Source of the DNA: an archaeon
GTDB lineage: Archaea; Asgardarchaeota; Thorarchaeia; Thorarchaeales; Thorarchaeaceae
Direction: 5' to 3'
DNA: 25,061 nucleotides
NCBI GenBank assembly: GCA_024275415.1
Contig: JAJRZD010000118.1
Location: 1 to 25,061 of the forward strand
Below the pieces are notes generated by a model, which was given only the letters and a program-made list of their open reading frames with translations, made no database searches and was not told the DNA's origin. The position numbers were made by a program, and so were the translations under genes. Every line of letters begins with the position of its first letter. Position 1 is the first letter of the stretch. Positions 8,996 to 17,034 of the stretch are shown in pieces.

Positions 8996-9931
8996 GTGTT
9001 CATATTCCAAAAAGAGCAAGTGATACACCAAATAGGCGGCGTCAAGATTGGAGGGAATCTAGGAGAGATCCCTACCGTCTTGGCTGGAAGCATATTCTAC
9101 AACGGACACAAGATAGTTTCTGACCCGAACAGTGGCGAGTTTGATAGGTCTAAAGCTGAAACTCTGATTACATTACAGGATGAAATGTCAGAAACCACCG
9201 GGAACCCGTGTATGATTCAGATAGTGGCTGAAGCAGAGGCTGCTATGCAGAAGTACATTGATTTCGCTTCTGAGATTTCCGAAGCTCCCCTAATAATTGA
9301 TTCTACGAGTTCTGATGTCCGAATCTCAGGTCTACATCATGCCGAGGAAGTAGGACTGATTGATAGGATTATCTACAACTCGCTTAATGTGTCTGCAACA
9401 AAAGAGGAGATTGACTCTCTTAGGGAATTCCAGCATGAATCCGCCATTGTCCTTGCCTTTAACCCTCAAGATCCTTCGATTGCCGGACGGCGAGCAGTTC
9501 TTGATGAGGGCATCATGAATCTTGAAACAGGCCTTCTCCCTCTCAGTGAACAGCTCGGAATAACAAAGCCACTGATTGATACAGCCACGACTGCAATGGG
9601 AGCTGGAGCCGGGTCTTCTGTGGCATTCACCTTCGTGTCGAAGGCAAAATATGGACTACCTACCGGGTCTGGCATACATAATGCGCCCTCATCGTGGTCA
9701 TGGCTTCTCGAGCATAAGAAGAAGAATAAAGATGCCTTCAAGGCATGTGATTATGCCTCAAATCTTGCTGTCCAAATGTTGGGTGGTGACTTTGTCCTGT
9801 ACGGACCTATCAAGAACGCAAGAATCGTCTTTCCCCTTATCGCAATGGCTGATTCTTTCGCAGCTGAATATGCAAACATCGAGTTCGGCATTGATGCCTC
9901 TGAGAATCATCCCTTCAAGCGTCTTTTCTAG
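8996..9931 (+). CDS. mtrH: MtrH-family pterin-binding methyltransferase, canonical-like copy 2
   Basis: MFIFQKEQ..HQIGGVKIGGNLGEIPTVLAGSIFYNGHKIV, IIDST, IYNSLN, LIDTA, GSGIHNAPSSW and GGDFVLYGPI. GTG 8987 (4-nt overlap with mtrA) is the alternative start. Confidence 0.92.
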   Translation: MFIFQKEQVIHQIGGVKIGGNLGEIPTVLAGSIFYNGHKIVSDPNSGEFDRSKAETLITLQDEMSETTGNPCMIQIVAEAEAAMQKYIDFASEISEAPLIIDSTSSDVRISGLHHAEEVGLIDRIIYNSLNVSATKEEIDSLREFQHESAIVLAFNPQDPSIAGRRAVLDEGIMNLETGLLPLSEQLGITKPLIDTATTAMGAGAGSSVAFTFVSKAKYGLPTGSGIHNAPSSWSWLLEHKKKNKDAFKACDYASNLAVQMLGGDFVLYGPIKNARIVFPLIAMADSFAAEYANIEFGIDASENHPFKRLF

Positions 9932-9941
9932 GTGATGCCAT

Positions 9942-11354
9942 TTGGTCAGGCGTTTCAAGGTGGTCAGGCCCCGTTCAGTCGGAGTTACCACGACTCGGAT
10001 GGGCCCGTTCTTTACGGTCGCATCTGTGGAGCTGGGCAATACCACGACAAAATGCATCATCTCGACAACAAACCTGAAAACAGCGGAGATATTCCAGATT
10101 GCAAAGGAAGTACGGTTCACTCGGGATGTCCGACCACCCAAAGCAGGGGAAAGTGTTTTTGGTGAAACCTTAGTTGGAATAGGACTCACCCGCGAATCTG
10201 TGAAGGAGCTTGTGTCTGACATAATCCGGTCTGTCGTCACAACGGCAGGAATGGACATCAGTTTGGATCTACACTTTGCTGTGCGTTCTACGGGTGTCAC
10301 TGCTGGTTTTTCTCATCCCGATGATGTAGGAGAGATGGTGAAAGCGCTTGCAGAAGGCTGTCTTGCAGCCGGTATTCCTCCTCGAAAGATGACCGCATCT
10401 TTATCTCCTGAGAATCTCCCTCCTCAATTCCAAGATTTCACATGGCTGCGCCGAGTTTATTTCGATGGTGCCATCACGAGCAGTCTACCTCCTGCTGACG
10501 CGAATATTGTGGGGAATGAGATGGAGGGCGAGCTGGTGACTGCTGGTATCAAGGGCGCAGCAAAATCGACAGACATCGACTTCAGGAACCCTGTAATGAC
10601 CCTTGATTTTGGAACCACGCTTGCTGGCCGTGTGACCGATGATTCCTTTCCGTACTCTCGGACTATTGGGTCGTTTGTCGGACTGGCCGGTGCAATACCC
10701 GACGCACTTGTTTCAGGATCGCGATTGGTTCCTATCAATAATGCCACGGCCCTTGACATTGGCAACAAAAGTAGAAATCTTTCTGTCGATATTCCCGACT
10801 CGGTCGTGGACGAGGTTCACAGTCTAATTCGAGTGGAGGTACTTGGAAAAGGAATTGACCGCTATGGGACAGTCCCTGTCAATGTTTCTGCAGCTGCTGA
10901 GTCCGAAGTGACCATCATAGGTGTAGATGTGGGACGAAACGGATCTGACTTGCCATTGTTGGAGAAAAAAGGACTAGAGGTCACCAACGAGTTCGGGGCT
11001 GATGGTCTAATCTCAACGATTGATCTGGTACAATCCAGATTGGTTTCACGCTTGGTTTCTGTTGCTGAAGAGAATGGACTAGTCCTCAATGACACCTCGC
11101 TGGGACTGACTGGGCGTGCTATCACAACTGGACGAAAACCACTGCTGGTCGCCACAGACTTATCGACCAGTAGTGGCACAGCATGGGCCACTTCACATCA
11201 ACTCATTTTTGTTGAGGATGGACTTGCCTTTGGAGCTGCTGTGGCTGCCAGATGTATGAACTCGCTCGGGACTCGCCATAACCCAATGGGAGGACGCAAA
11301 GGAAACAAATGCATAATGGGAGCAAGGATGAAACTTCAAAGACTCGACCGATGA
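9942..11354 (+). CDS. methanogenesis marker protein 14 family (DUF2114-like), ASKHA/actin-like ATPase motifs
   Basis: VASVELGNTTTKCI, TRDVRPPK.GE.VFG, LTRESV.ELV.D, DLHF.VRSTGV.AGF, ALA.GCL.AGIPPRKMT and NEMEGEL match marker 14 as recalled. TTG start with AGGTGA 6 nt upstream. Confidence 0.85.
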   Translation: MVRRFKVVRPRSVGVTTTRMGPFFTVASVELGNTTTKCIISTTNLKTAEIFQIAKEVRFTRDVRPPKAGESVFGETLVGIGLTRESVKELVSDIIRSVVTTAGMDISLDLHFAVRSTGVTAGFSHPDDVGEMVKALAEGCLAAGIPPRKMTASLSPENLPPQFQDFTWLRRVYFDGAITSSLPPADANIVGNEMEGELVTAGIKGAAKSTDIDFRNPVMTLDFGTTLAGRVTDDSFPYSRTIGSFVGLAGAIPDALVSGSRLVPINNATALDIGNKSRNLSVDIPDSVVDEVHSLIRVEVLGKGIDRYGTVPVNVSAAAESEVTIIGVDVGRNGSDLPLLEKKGLEVTNEFGADGLISTIDLVQSRLVSRLVSVAEENGLVLNDTSLGLTGRAITTGRKPLLVATDLSTSSGTAWATSHQLIFVEDGLAFGAAVAARCMNSLGTRHNPMGGRKGNKCIMGARMKLQRLDR

Positions 11355-11402
11355 TGTGATAATGAGAAGTGTTTATGTGTCGAGGTTAGCGGTCAAAGGA
11401 CT

Positions 11403-12194
11403 GTGGACACAATGCAAGTTATCCCTATTAGGACGCGACTTATCACAGAGAGCGATGAGTTTCTCGATGTCATTGTTGAAGGAATGAACTCGATTGGTCT
11501 TGGCTTTGAAGACGGGGACATTCTCGGCGTTGCAGAAACGCCTCTAGGCACCACAGAGGGACGGGTTGTACGTCTCGATGCGGTCGAAATCTCTCCAAGG
11601 GCAAGGGAGTTAGCAGAACGGTATGAGATGCATCCTGCAGTGGCTCAGCTCGTCATCAACGAGGCTGATGAGATACTGGGAGGCATCCCCCATGTGTTGC
11701 TCACCATCAAGAACAACACGCTGATGGCGAATGCTGGAGTTGACAAGTCTAATGTCCCTCTTGGTCATGCGTCACTTCTCCCTTCCGATCCAACGCAAAG
11801 CGCAGGACATCTGAGAGAGCTTATTCAGGAGCGATTCGAGAAGAACGTCGGGGTTCTAGTCATTGACAGCAGGACACAGCCCCTAAGATTGGGGAACATA
11901 GGGATGGCGCTAGGCGTTGCCGGATTTCGTCCCGTTGCTGACGACCGAGGACGCAAGGATCTTTTCGGGAACGAGCTGAGGATAACTCGCAGGGCTATTG
12001 CTGACAACCTGTCTTCTGCATGTGTTGCCGTCATGGGCGAGTCTGACGAATCCATTCCAGCAGCTTTGATACGCGATGCGCCAATTGAGATGGTAAATGG
12101 CACATTTGATTCATCTGAGATGTGGATTAGTCCACACGAGTGTATGTATATGGCAATCTTCGAGCAGTGGAAACGCGATTCGACTTCCATCTGA
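11403..12194 (+). CDS. cofE: CofE-family gamma-glutamyl ligase (coenzyme F420-0:L-glutamate ligase-like)
   Basis: DGDILGVAET, ANAGVDKSNV, LLP.DP..SA..LR, IDSRTQPLRLG, KDLFGNELRIT..AIAD.L and VMGE.DE.IP. ATG 11412 is an alternative start. Confidence 0.85.
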   Translation: MDTMQVIPIRTRLITESDEFLDVIVEGMNSIGLGFEDGDILGVAETPLGTTEGRVVRLDAVEISPRARELAERYEMHPAVAQLVINEADEILGGIPHVLLTIKNNTLMANAGVDKSNVPLGHASLLPSDPTQSAGHLRELIQERFEKNVGVLVIDSRTQPLRLGNIGMALGVAGFRPVADDRGRKDLFGNELRITRRAIADNLSSACVAVMGESDESIPAALIRDAPIEMVNGTFDSSEMWISPHECMYMAIFEQWKRDSTSI

Positions 12195-12260
12195 TACAGT
12201 ACAAACTCGAAAGAAAGAAAAGGGCTTTCCTATTTCCCTCCATCATAGTTTAATTGGAGA

Positions 12261-13646
12261 ATGGGTCGGTTGAGTAAGACTATCCTTATCGATGCATCTC
12301 AAGCTGGAGCGTCTGGGGACATGATACTCTCCGCGCTTATCGACCTTATTGGTGATGACGAGTCTATCATTCCCGTCGCGGCAAGTCTTCTTATCTACGA
12401 CCCCGCTATCCGTGTAAAGATTCTCCAAGACAGCTCTTATGGTGTCACGGGAAAACGACTGATTGTGACTAAGGACAAGGATGTCCGATTCACTCCTGAT
12501 TCTCTCAATGAGATTCTCAATTCTGTGGCCGAGGAGCTCGAACTCTCGAAAAAAGCGATTGATTTTGCAAAGAAGGCTTTGAGTGAGATAATCGATGCTG
12601 AGTCCCGAGCACACGACACTCCTGTCGAGAAGTTGCATCTGCACGAAACTGGATCCGTTGATACGATCTTGGACATTGTCGGGACTGCGTACCTCCTAGA
12701 AAAGATTGGATATCTCTATGACACACGATTCATCTGCACTCGGATAGCAACGGGAAGCGGGAAGATTCAAACCGAACATGGGCTTCTTGAGGTGCCTGTG
12801 CCCGCAGTTACAGAGATCATTTCAAAACACAATATCCCCGTACACTCAGGCCCCGCACAAACAGAAGTCCTCACACCAACAGGCGCTGCTTTGCTTGCAA
12901 CTCTTGTTGATGAGTTCATTGAAAGCACCGAGAGCTTTATTCCGGAGAAGCAAAGCATCGGGCTAGGTTCTCGTGATTTGGGCGAAACGCCTAATGTCCT
13001 TCGATTTGCAGTAGGAGTTATTGAGAAACCTGAACCTGACGAACAACCACCTGGAACAACCCAGAAGCCACCCGAGAAGAAACAGCCGCCGAAAGTCAAG
13101 GATGAAGCGACAACGAAAAAGCATGAAACACCTGCGACTAAGATGAAACACACGGAGCGGAAAGAGATGTTCGAAGACTGGAACGCGGATGAAGTTGTTG
13201 TGATTGAATCCAACATCGACGACACTGACAGTGAGGTGCTGGGTAATCTCTTCGATGTCTTACTATCTGAGGGATTGGCCTATGATGTCATTATGATCCC
13301 AGCTTATGGGAAAAAGAACCGGCCCTGCTTCTTGGTCAAAGTCATCGCCGCAAAGGCTGGTCTGAAGAGTGTTGCTGAGATAATGATGAAGCAGCTTGGC
13401 ACTATTGGAATCCGATACACCGAATGGAGCCGTTTAAAGGCACACCGTGATACTGTGGTCTGCCGCCTTGAGATTGATGACAAGGAGTTCATGGTTCGTG
13501 TTAAGGTTTCGCGAAGCGCAGATGGCAGCATCATTAACATAAAGCCGGAGATTGACGACATCATCGAGGTGGCAAAGGCAACTGGCATTCCAATTCGTGA
13601 ACTCAAGCCACGAGTCGTTCTGCAGGCACAAGCTATCACCGATTAG
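12261..13646 (+). CDS. larC: nickel-pincer cofactor biosynthesis protein LarC family (full-length, single ORF)
   Basis: GASGDMILSAL, HLHETGSVDTILDIVG, HG..EVPVPAV.EI, EVLTPTGAALL, IGLGSRD, PNVLR, ESNIDD, KKNRP, GTIGIR and KPEIDD. TTG 12270 is a possible alternative start. Confidence 0.88.
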   Translation: MGRLSKTILIDASQAGASGDMILSALIDLIGDDESIIPVAASLLIYDPAIRVKILQDSSYGVTGKRLIVTKDKDVRFTPDSLNEILNSVAEELELSKKAIDFAKKALSEIIDAESRAHDTPVEKLHLHETGSVDTILDIVGTAYLLEKIGYLYDTRFICTRIATGSGKIQTEHGLLEVPVPAVTEIISKHNIPVHSGPAQTEVLTPTGAALLATLVDEFIESTESFIPEKQSIGLGSRDLGETPNVLRFAVGVIEKPEPDEQPPGTTQKPPEKKQPPKVKDEATTKKHETPATKMKHTERKEMFEDWNADEVVVIESNIDDTDSEVLGNLFDVLLSEGLAYDVIMIPAYGKKNRPCFLVKVIAAKAGLKSVAEIMMKQLGTIGIRYTEWSRLKAHRDTVVCRLEIDDKEFMVRVKVSRSADGSIINIKPEIDDIIEVAKATGIPIRELKPRVVLQAQAITD

Positions 13647-13677
13647 ATCATTGGATCAGGTGTAGAAGTTTTCCCTC

Positions 13678-15924
13678 CTATTCCGTATCGGTTCCAAACT
13701 GTGCGAGGTATTGTGCGGGAACGAGGCTTTCAAATGCTCGGACACACAGGTTGGCATAGGCTTTAGCATCGTAAGTTGTTGATGTGTCAATCAATTCGAT
13801 AGCCCTGACTCGCTTGAAGGGACTTGGTGACTCCGAATCAACTATCAGATATCCCACTCTCTGCCCTGCATGAAGCTCCTTCCCAGCACCCTCTATCTGT
13901 CTTGCCACAATTGCAGCTCGTGATGTTGTTTGGTATTCGTGTGGCTCACGAGTCAAGCGCGTATATAGGATGAGGTCTCTCACATCCACATCTCCTTGGT
14001 GCAGCCTATCGATAAAGGCCTGACAGATAGAATAGGCATCCGGTATAAGTTCGAGGAATTCTGCTTTGGAGTTGCCCCGCGCAAAGACCTCTATTATCCT
14101 CTTCTGACAATCGCCCACATACCTGCATGTGTCCCGTCTTCGTGTTTCAATCCCTCTGGTCTTTATCCCGCCGTTCAGGTAGATCCCATAGTAGCGATTA
14201 AGGGGTGCAATAGATGGGCGCACCCGTGAACTTGGGATTACCAGCCACTTGTAGATTCCCTTGAGCGACATGTCTATGTCCACAGCCTTGCTTACTATTT
14301 TGCAGTATTCTTGGAGATGTTCATAATCAAGGTCGCTCTTTGACTGCACCCATAACGAATCAACAATCCCATGAACCGTGTGCAATCCCATCTCTTCGCC
14401 AATCTCCTGTGCTTTAAGAAGGACTTCCCGTGAAAAGGCACAGACTGCGGTATGCGCTTCGACCCGCCCGAACTTCGCATTTTTGAATCCCAGATAGCCG
14501 AAACAGGAAACCAGTATCCCCTTCAGCGTATTCTGCTTCAGCTTGTACTTTCTGGGATTTTTCCCTTCGAGTATCAGTTCCTTGAACCTGTTCCGTTTTT
14601 CTATGACCACCTCTAATGACTTGGAAACTATCCCTCTCCGACGGTTACAGATCTTGAAACCCACCCCTGGCACATCGTCACAGTACTGGCTATCATATGG
14701 GCATTGGCTTCTTACACAAATGGTTTCTGGGCTGATGTTCCGTGTTACCATGAGTGTTGGATACATGGAGGCAAAATCGAGTTCAGCTACATTCTCATAC
14801 ACTCCGGGACGGGGTTGCAGAATCAATCCCCCTCTATCTATTTCCGCGAGTTCGTTCACGGTCTTGAGGAACTCAGGATTCCGCTTCACTGGTGGGATGA
14901 GGATGCCCATCTGGTGTGCGGTGTACATCTGTGACGAGGCGTTCACCGTACCTATGGACATTCGTGCGACCCGCTGTGGTCTGGCTAATGCTATCCGACA
15001 TCCCTCTATGATTCCTTCCATCCCAGATGGCGAGTAATATAGGCTTTCTTTCTTGTCAATATGAATGCGTCCATCGAACACGACCTGACTTCCAGACCTG
15101 AAGACGGTCTTGTTGTACTGCCAGAACGAACTCGGCTTTCCGTGTTTGATGTCTAGAGCTTGCCCATTTCGTGAGAATACCAGATGAATTCCGTTCGCTC
15201 TAGCACGTAACGCCAAGTATCTGAAAAGGTGGCCGTCACCACCATTGGTCACAATGACATCTGGGTCGATACTGTCCACGATATCCTGAAGATGTAGCAA
15301 TATCTCACGTTCGTTCTCATTCTCGATTCGTATCACCTGTCCTTTGTTGTAGACCTCAATGTGTCGTATTGGTTCTTCAAACTGGGGAAATACCCCCTCG
15401 GCGTCAATGACCACTTCGATCCCTATCTCTTCGAGTTTTGGGGTTTCGTACTCGACATCTTCTCTATGGTCGATGCAGATGATATCACTGATCACCTCGT
15501 TCTTCTCAATAAATTCCACACGACCAAACGGGAAGATGCTCTTCTCTATGAAGAATTGCTGTACAGGATCGATGTCTTCATGGTATATGACAGCATCAGG
15601 AAGGCTTTCTAGGTCTCTTGCAACATCTGACAGCATCCCAATTCTTGTCCTCACACATAACACTCGTTTCGGCTCATCGTCATAGACTGAAACGTATTTG
15701 GAAACAATCTCTGCTTCCTTGACCTCTTTGTGTTGTGTCACCACTCTGATGATGGTTTCGTCCGACCATTTCGGGTCGTCGAGTATGCTTGTATTCAAGT
15801 ACAATGAGGGAGCGAAACCATTGTACACATACCCTTGCGTCTTGCTATCCACTTTGATCCATAGCACGAGTGCTTGTTGCTCATGATCAATATTGGCATC
15901 AATGAGCCACCCCCTCTTCCTCAT
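13678..15924 (-). CDS. polB2: family B DNA polymerase, archaeal PolB2 group (degenerate exonuclease, altered motif C)
   Basis: Motif A ELDFASMYP, motif B KGILVSCFGYLG, and motif C HGIVDSLWV in place of YGDTDS. Also KTRGIETRRRD and N-terminal GWLID...LWIK. The start overlaps the stop of the small upstream gene (ATGA). Confidence 0.88.
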   Translation of the reverse strand: MRKRGWLIDANIDHEQQALVLWIKVDSKTQGYVYNGFAPSLYLNTSILDDPKWSDETIIRVVTQHKEVKEAEIVSKYVSVYDDEPKRVLCVRTRIGMLSDVARDLESLPDAVIYHEDIDPVQQFFIEKSIFPFGRVEFIEKNEVISDIICIDHREDVEYETPKLEEIGIEVVIDAEGVFPQFEEPIRHIEVYNKGQVIRIENENEREILLHLQDIVDSIDPDVIVTNGGDGHLFRYLALRARANGIHLVFSRNGQALDIKHGKPSSFWQYNKTVFRSGSQVVFDGRIHIDKKESLYYSPSGMEGIIEGCRIALARPQRVARMSIGTVNASSQMYTAHQMGILIPPVKRNPEFLKTVNELAEIDRGGLILQPRPGVYENVAELDFASMYPTLMVTRNISPETICVRSQCPYDSQYCDDVPGVGFKICNRRRGIVSKSLEVVIEKRNRFKELILEGKNPRKYKLKQNTLKGILVSCFGYLGFKNAKFGRVEAHTAVCAFSREVLLKAQEIGEEMGLHTVHGIVDSLWVQSKSDLDYEHLQEYCKIVSKAVDIDMSLKGIYKWLVIPSSRVRPSIAPLNRYYGIYLNGGIKTRGIETRRRDTCRYVGDCQKRIIEVFARGNSKAEFLELIPDAYSICQAFIDRLHQGDVDVRDLILYTRLTREPHEYQTTSRAAIVARQIEGAGKELHAGQRVGYLIVDSESPSPFKRVRAIELIDTSTTYDAKAYANLCVRAFESLVPAQYLAQFGTDTE

Positions 15925-16190
15925 GCCATCCCCTTCTTGCCCTCAAGGTGCTTTACTTGTTCTTTCAGTTCCTTTAGTTCTTGAAGCATCTCTATCATCG
16001 TGGCTACTAAGACGACTTCTGTGATTCGGGGAGTCGATATCATGGTGCCTGCGTCTACACACGATCTGGCATACTCGAATATCTTGGATAGATTCTCTCT
16101 ATACGCGGGTTTCAAAGTTCTGCGGAAAGGTTTCCATTTTGCCTCCTCGATGTCAATAGCATCTCTAAATGTTCTGACCGTGCGTCCCAC
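15921..16190 (-). CDS. small alpha-helical PolB2-associated protein (arCOG07300-like), 89 aa
   Basis: MGRTVRTFRD.I..E...WKPFRR.L.......L..IF.YAR....AG matches the family found upstream of polB2. GTG 16190 has GGTGA 5 nt upstream. Confidence 0.8.
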   Translation of the reverse strand: MGRTVRTFRDAIDIEEAKWKPFRRTLKPAYRENLSKIFEYARSCVDAGTMISTPRITEVVLVATMIEMLQELKELKEQVKHLEGKKGMA

Positions 16191-16350
16191 TTGGCTCACC
16201 ATAAATCGTTTGTCGTTTTCTGTTATGTCCTTTCTTACGTGTTGGCAAATTGTCACTTTTTCTCAAGCTGCACGTTCATCGAGATGTATTCTTTTGGGGT
16301 CGAGTGGTGTCCGAAAGTAAGTGGCGTCTGAAAGGATAGTGACAAAGAAC

Positions 16351-16358
16351 TTTAATAA
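16351..16358. promoter_or_regulatory. TATA-like box between the divergent polB2 operon and Rab gene
   Basis: TTTAATAA on plus (preceded by purine-rich CAAAGAAC) and TTATTAAA on minus. Confidence 0.45.
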
Positions 16359-16415
16359 CTATGAAAACCTCAGCAATTGCAAGTGGTCGCGCACCTACAG
16401 GTGGGTTATAACAAG

Positions 16416-16982
16416 ATGGTAACAGCCCTCTTCAAAGTCGTACTTATGGGCGATGGCTCCGTCGGAAAGACGAGTCTGAGACGAACCTATATGGGTGAAG
16501 GCTTCAAAGCCCAGTACATGATTACGATTGGAGCTGATTTCGCAGTCAAGAAGATGCAACTTGAAGGCGGTCACGACGTGAGCATTCAGATATGGGATCT
16601 TGCAGGTCAGGAACACTTCAAGAATGTCCGCTCGACCTTCTACAAGGGTGCTCAAGGTGCTTTGGCAGTGTATTCCACAGTAGAACGCTCATCGTTTGAT
16701 AATATCCACGACTGGCTGGAAGAGTGTTGGACCAATGCTGGCAAGAAGATTCCAATCGTTCTGATCGGGAATAAGACAGATTTGCGGGATCAGTTCAAGG
16801 ATAATCCTGCGATGCAACAGACAATCGTGACCACTGAAGAAGGCCAAAAACTAGCGGATCGTATAGCTGGCATGGGCGCACATGCATCATTCATCGAAAC
16901 CAGTGCAAAGACAGGTCTGAATGTCGAAGCGGCCTTCTTGGAGCTTGCAATCAAAATACTGGAAGCTGGTGGGCTAGTATAA
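16416..16982 (+). CDS. Rab-like small GTPase (188 aa), no prenylation motif
   Basis: G1 GDGSVGKT, G2 YMITIGADF, G3 IWDLAGQE, G4 NKTD, G5 ETSAK. Start set at ATG 16416 (MVTALFKVVLMG). Confidence 0.93.
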   Translation: MVTALFKVVLMGDGSVGKTSLRRTYMGEGFKAQYMITIGADFAVKKMQLEGGHDVSIQIWDLAGQEHFKNVRSTFYKGAQGALAVYSTVERSSFDNIHDWLEECWTNAGKKIPIVLIGNKTDLRDQFKDNPAMQQTIVTTEEGQKLADRIAGMGAHASFIETSAKTGLNVEAAFLELAIKILEAGGLV

Positions 16983-17034
16983 GTCCATTTATTCAAAGCA
17001 TGAAAATGAAACTTGTACGAATTGAGGGTATGCC

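Noticed and set aside
9758-10300. 180-aa minus-strand ORF
   Set aside because: Antisense shadow of mtrH2 and marker 14; Ser/Thr/Arg-rich with no recognisable motif.
6435-11354. Evidence of methanogenesis or a Na+-pumping Mtr complex
   Set aside because: No mcr or mtrE/C/D/F/G in the window, MtrA lacks its TM anchor, and the cluster is led by folate-type metF. Genes elsewhere in the genome cannot be excluded.
12209-12230. GAAAGAAAGAAAAGGGCTTTCC purine run with a weak GAAAG/CTTTC hairpin after cofE
   Set aside because: A 5-bp stem is too weak to call as a terminator or ncRNA, though it may contribute to termination.
13023-13169. Programmed frameshift in larC
   Set aside because: The gene is one continuous reading frame across the domain junction.
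12767-13225. 152-aa minus-strand ORF with a hydrophobic, TM-like stretch
   Set aside because: The hydrophobicity is the reverse complement of the A-rich Lys/Glu/Pro linker in larC.
14543-15037. 164-aa plus-strand ORF (also 16000-16320, 23982-24389, 24468-24776)
   Set aside because: Antisense shadows of polB2, its partner and the EF-2 paralog; no family motifs.
16250-16345. 8-bp inverted repeat TTGTCACT...AGTGACAA in the polB2/Rab intergenic region
   Set aside because: The arms are 80 nt apart and only 8 bp long, compatible with chance. It would need conservation in relatives to be called an operator.
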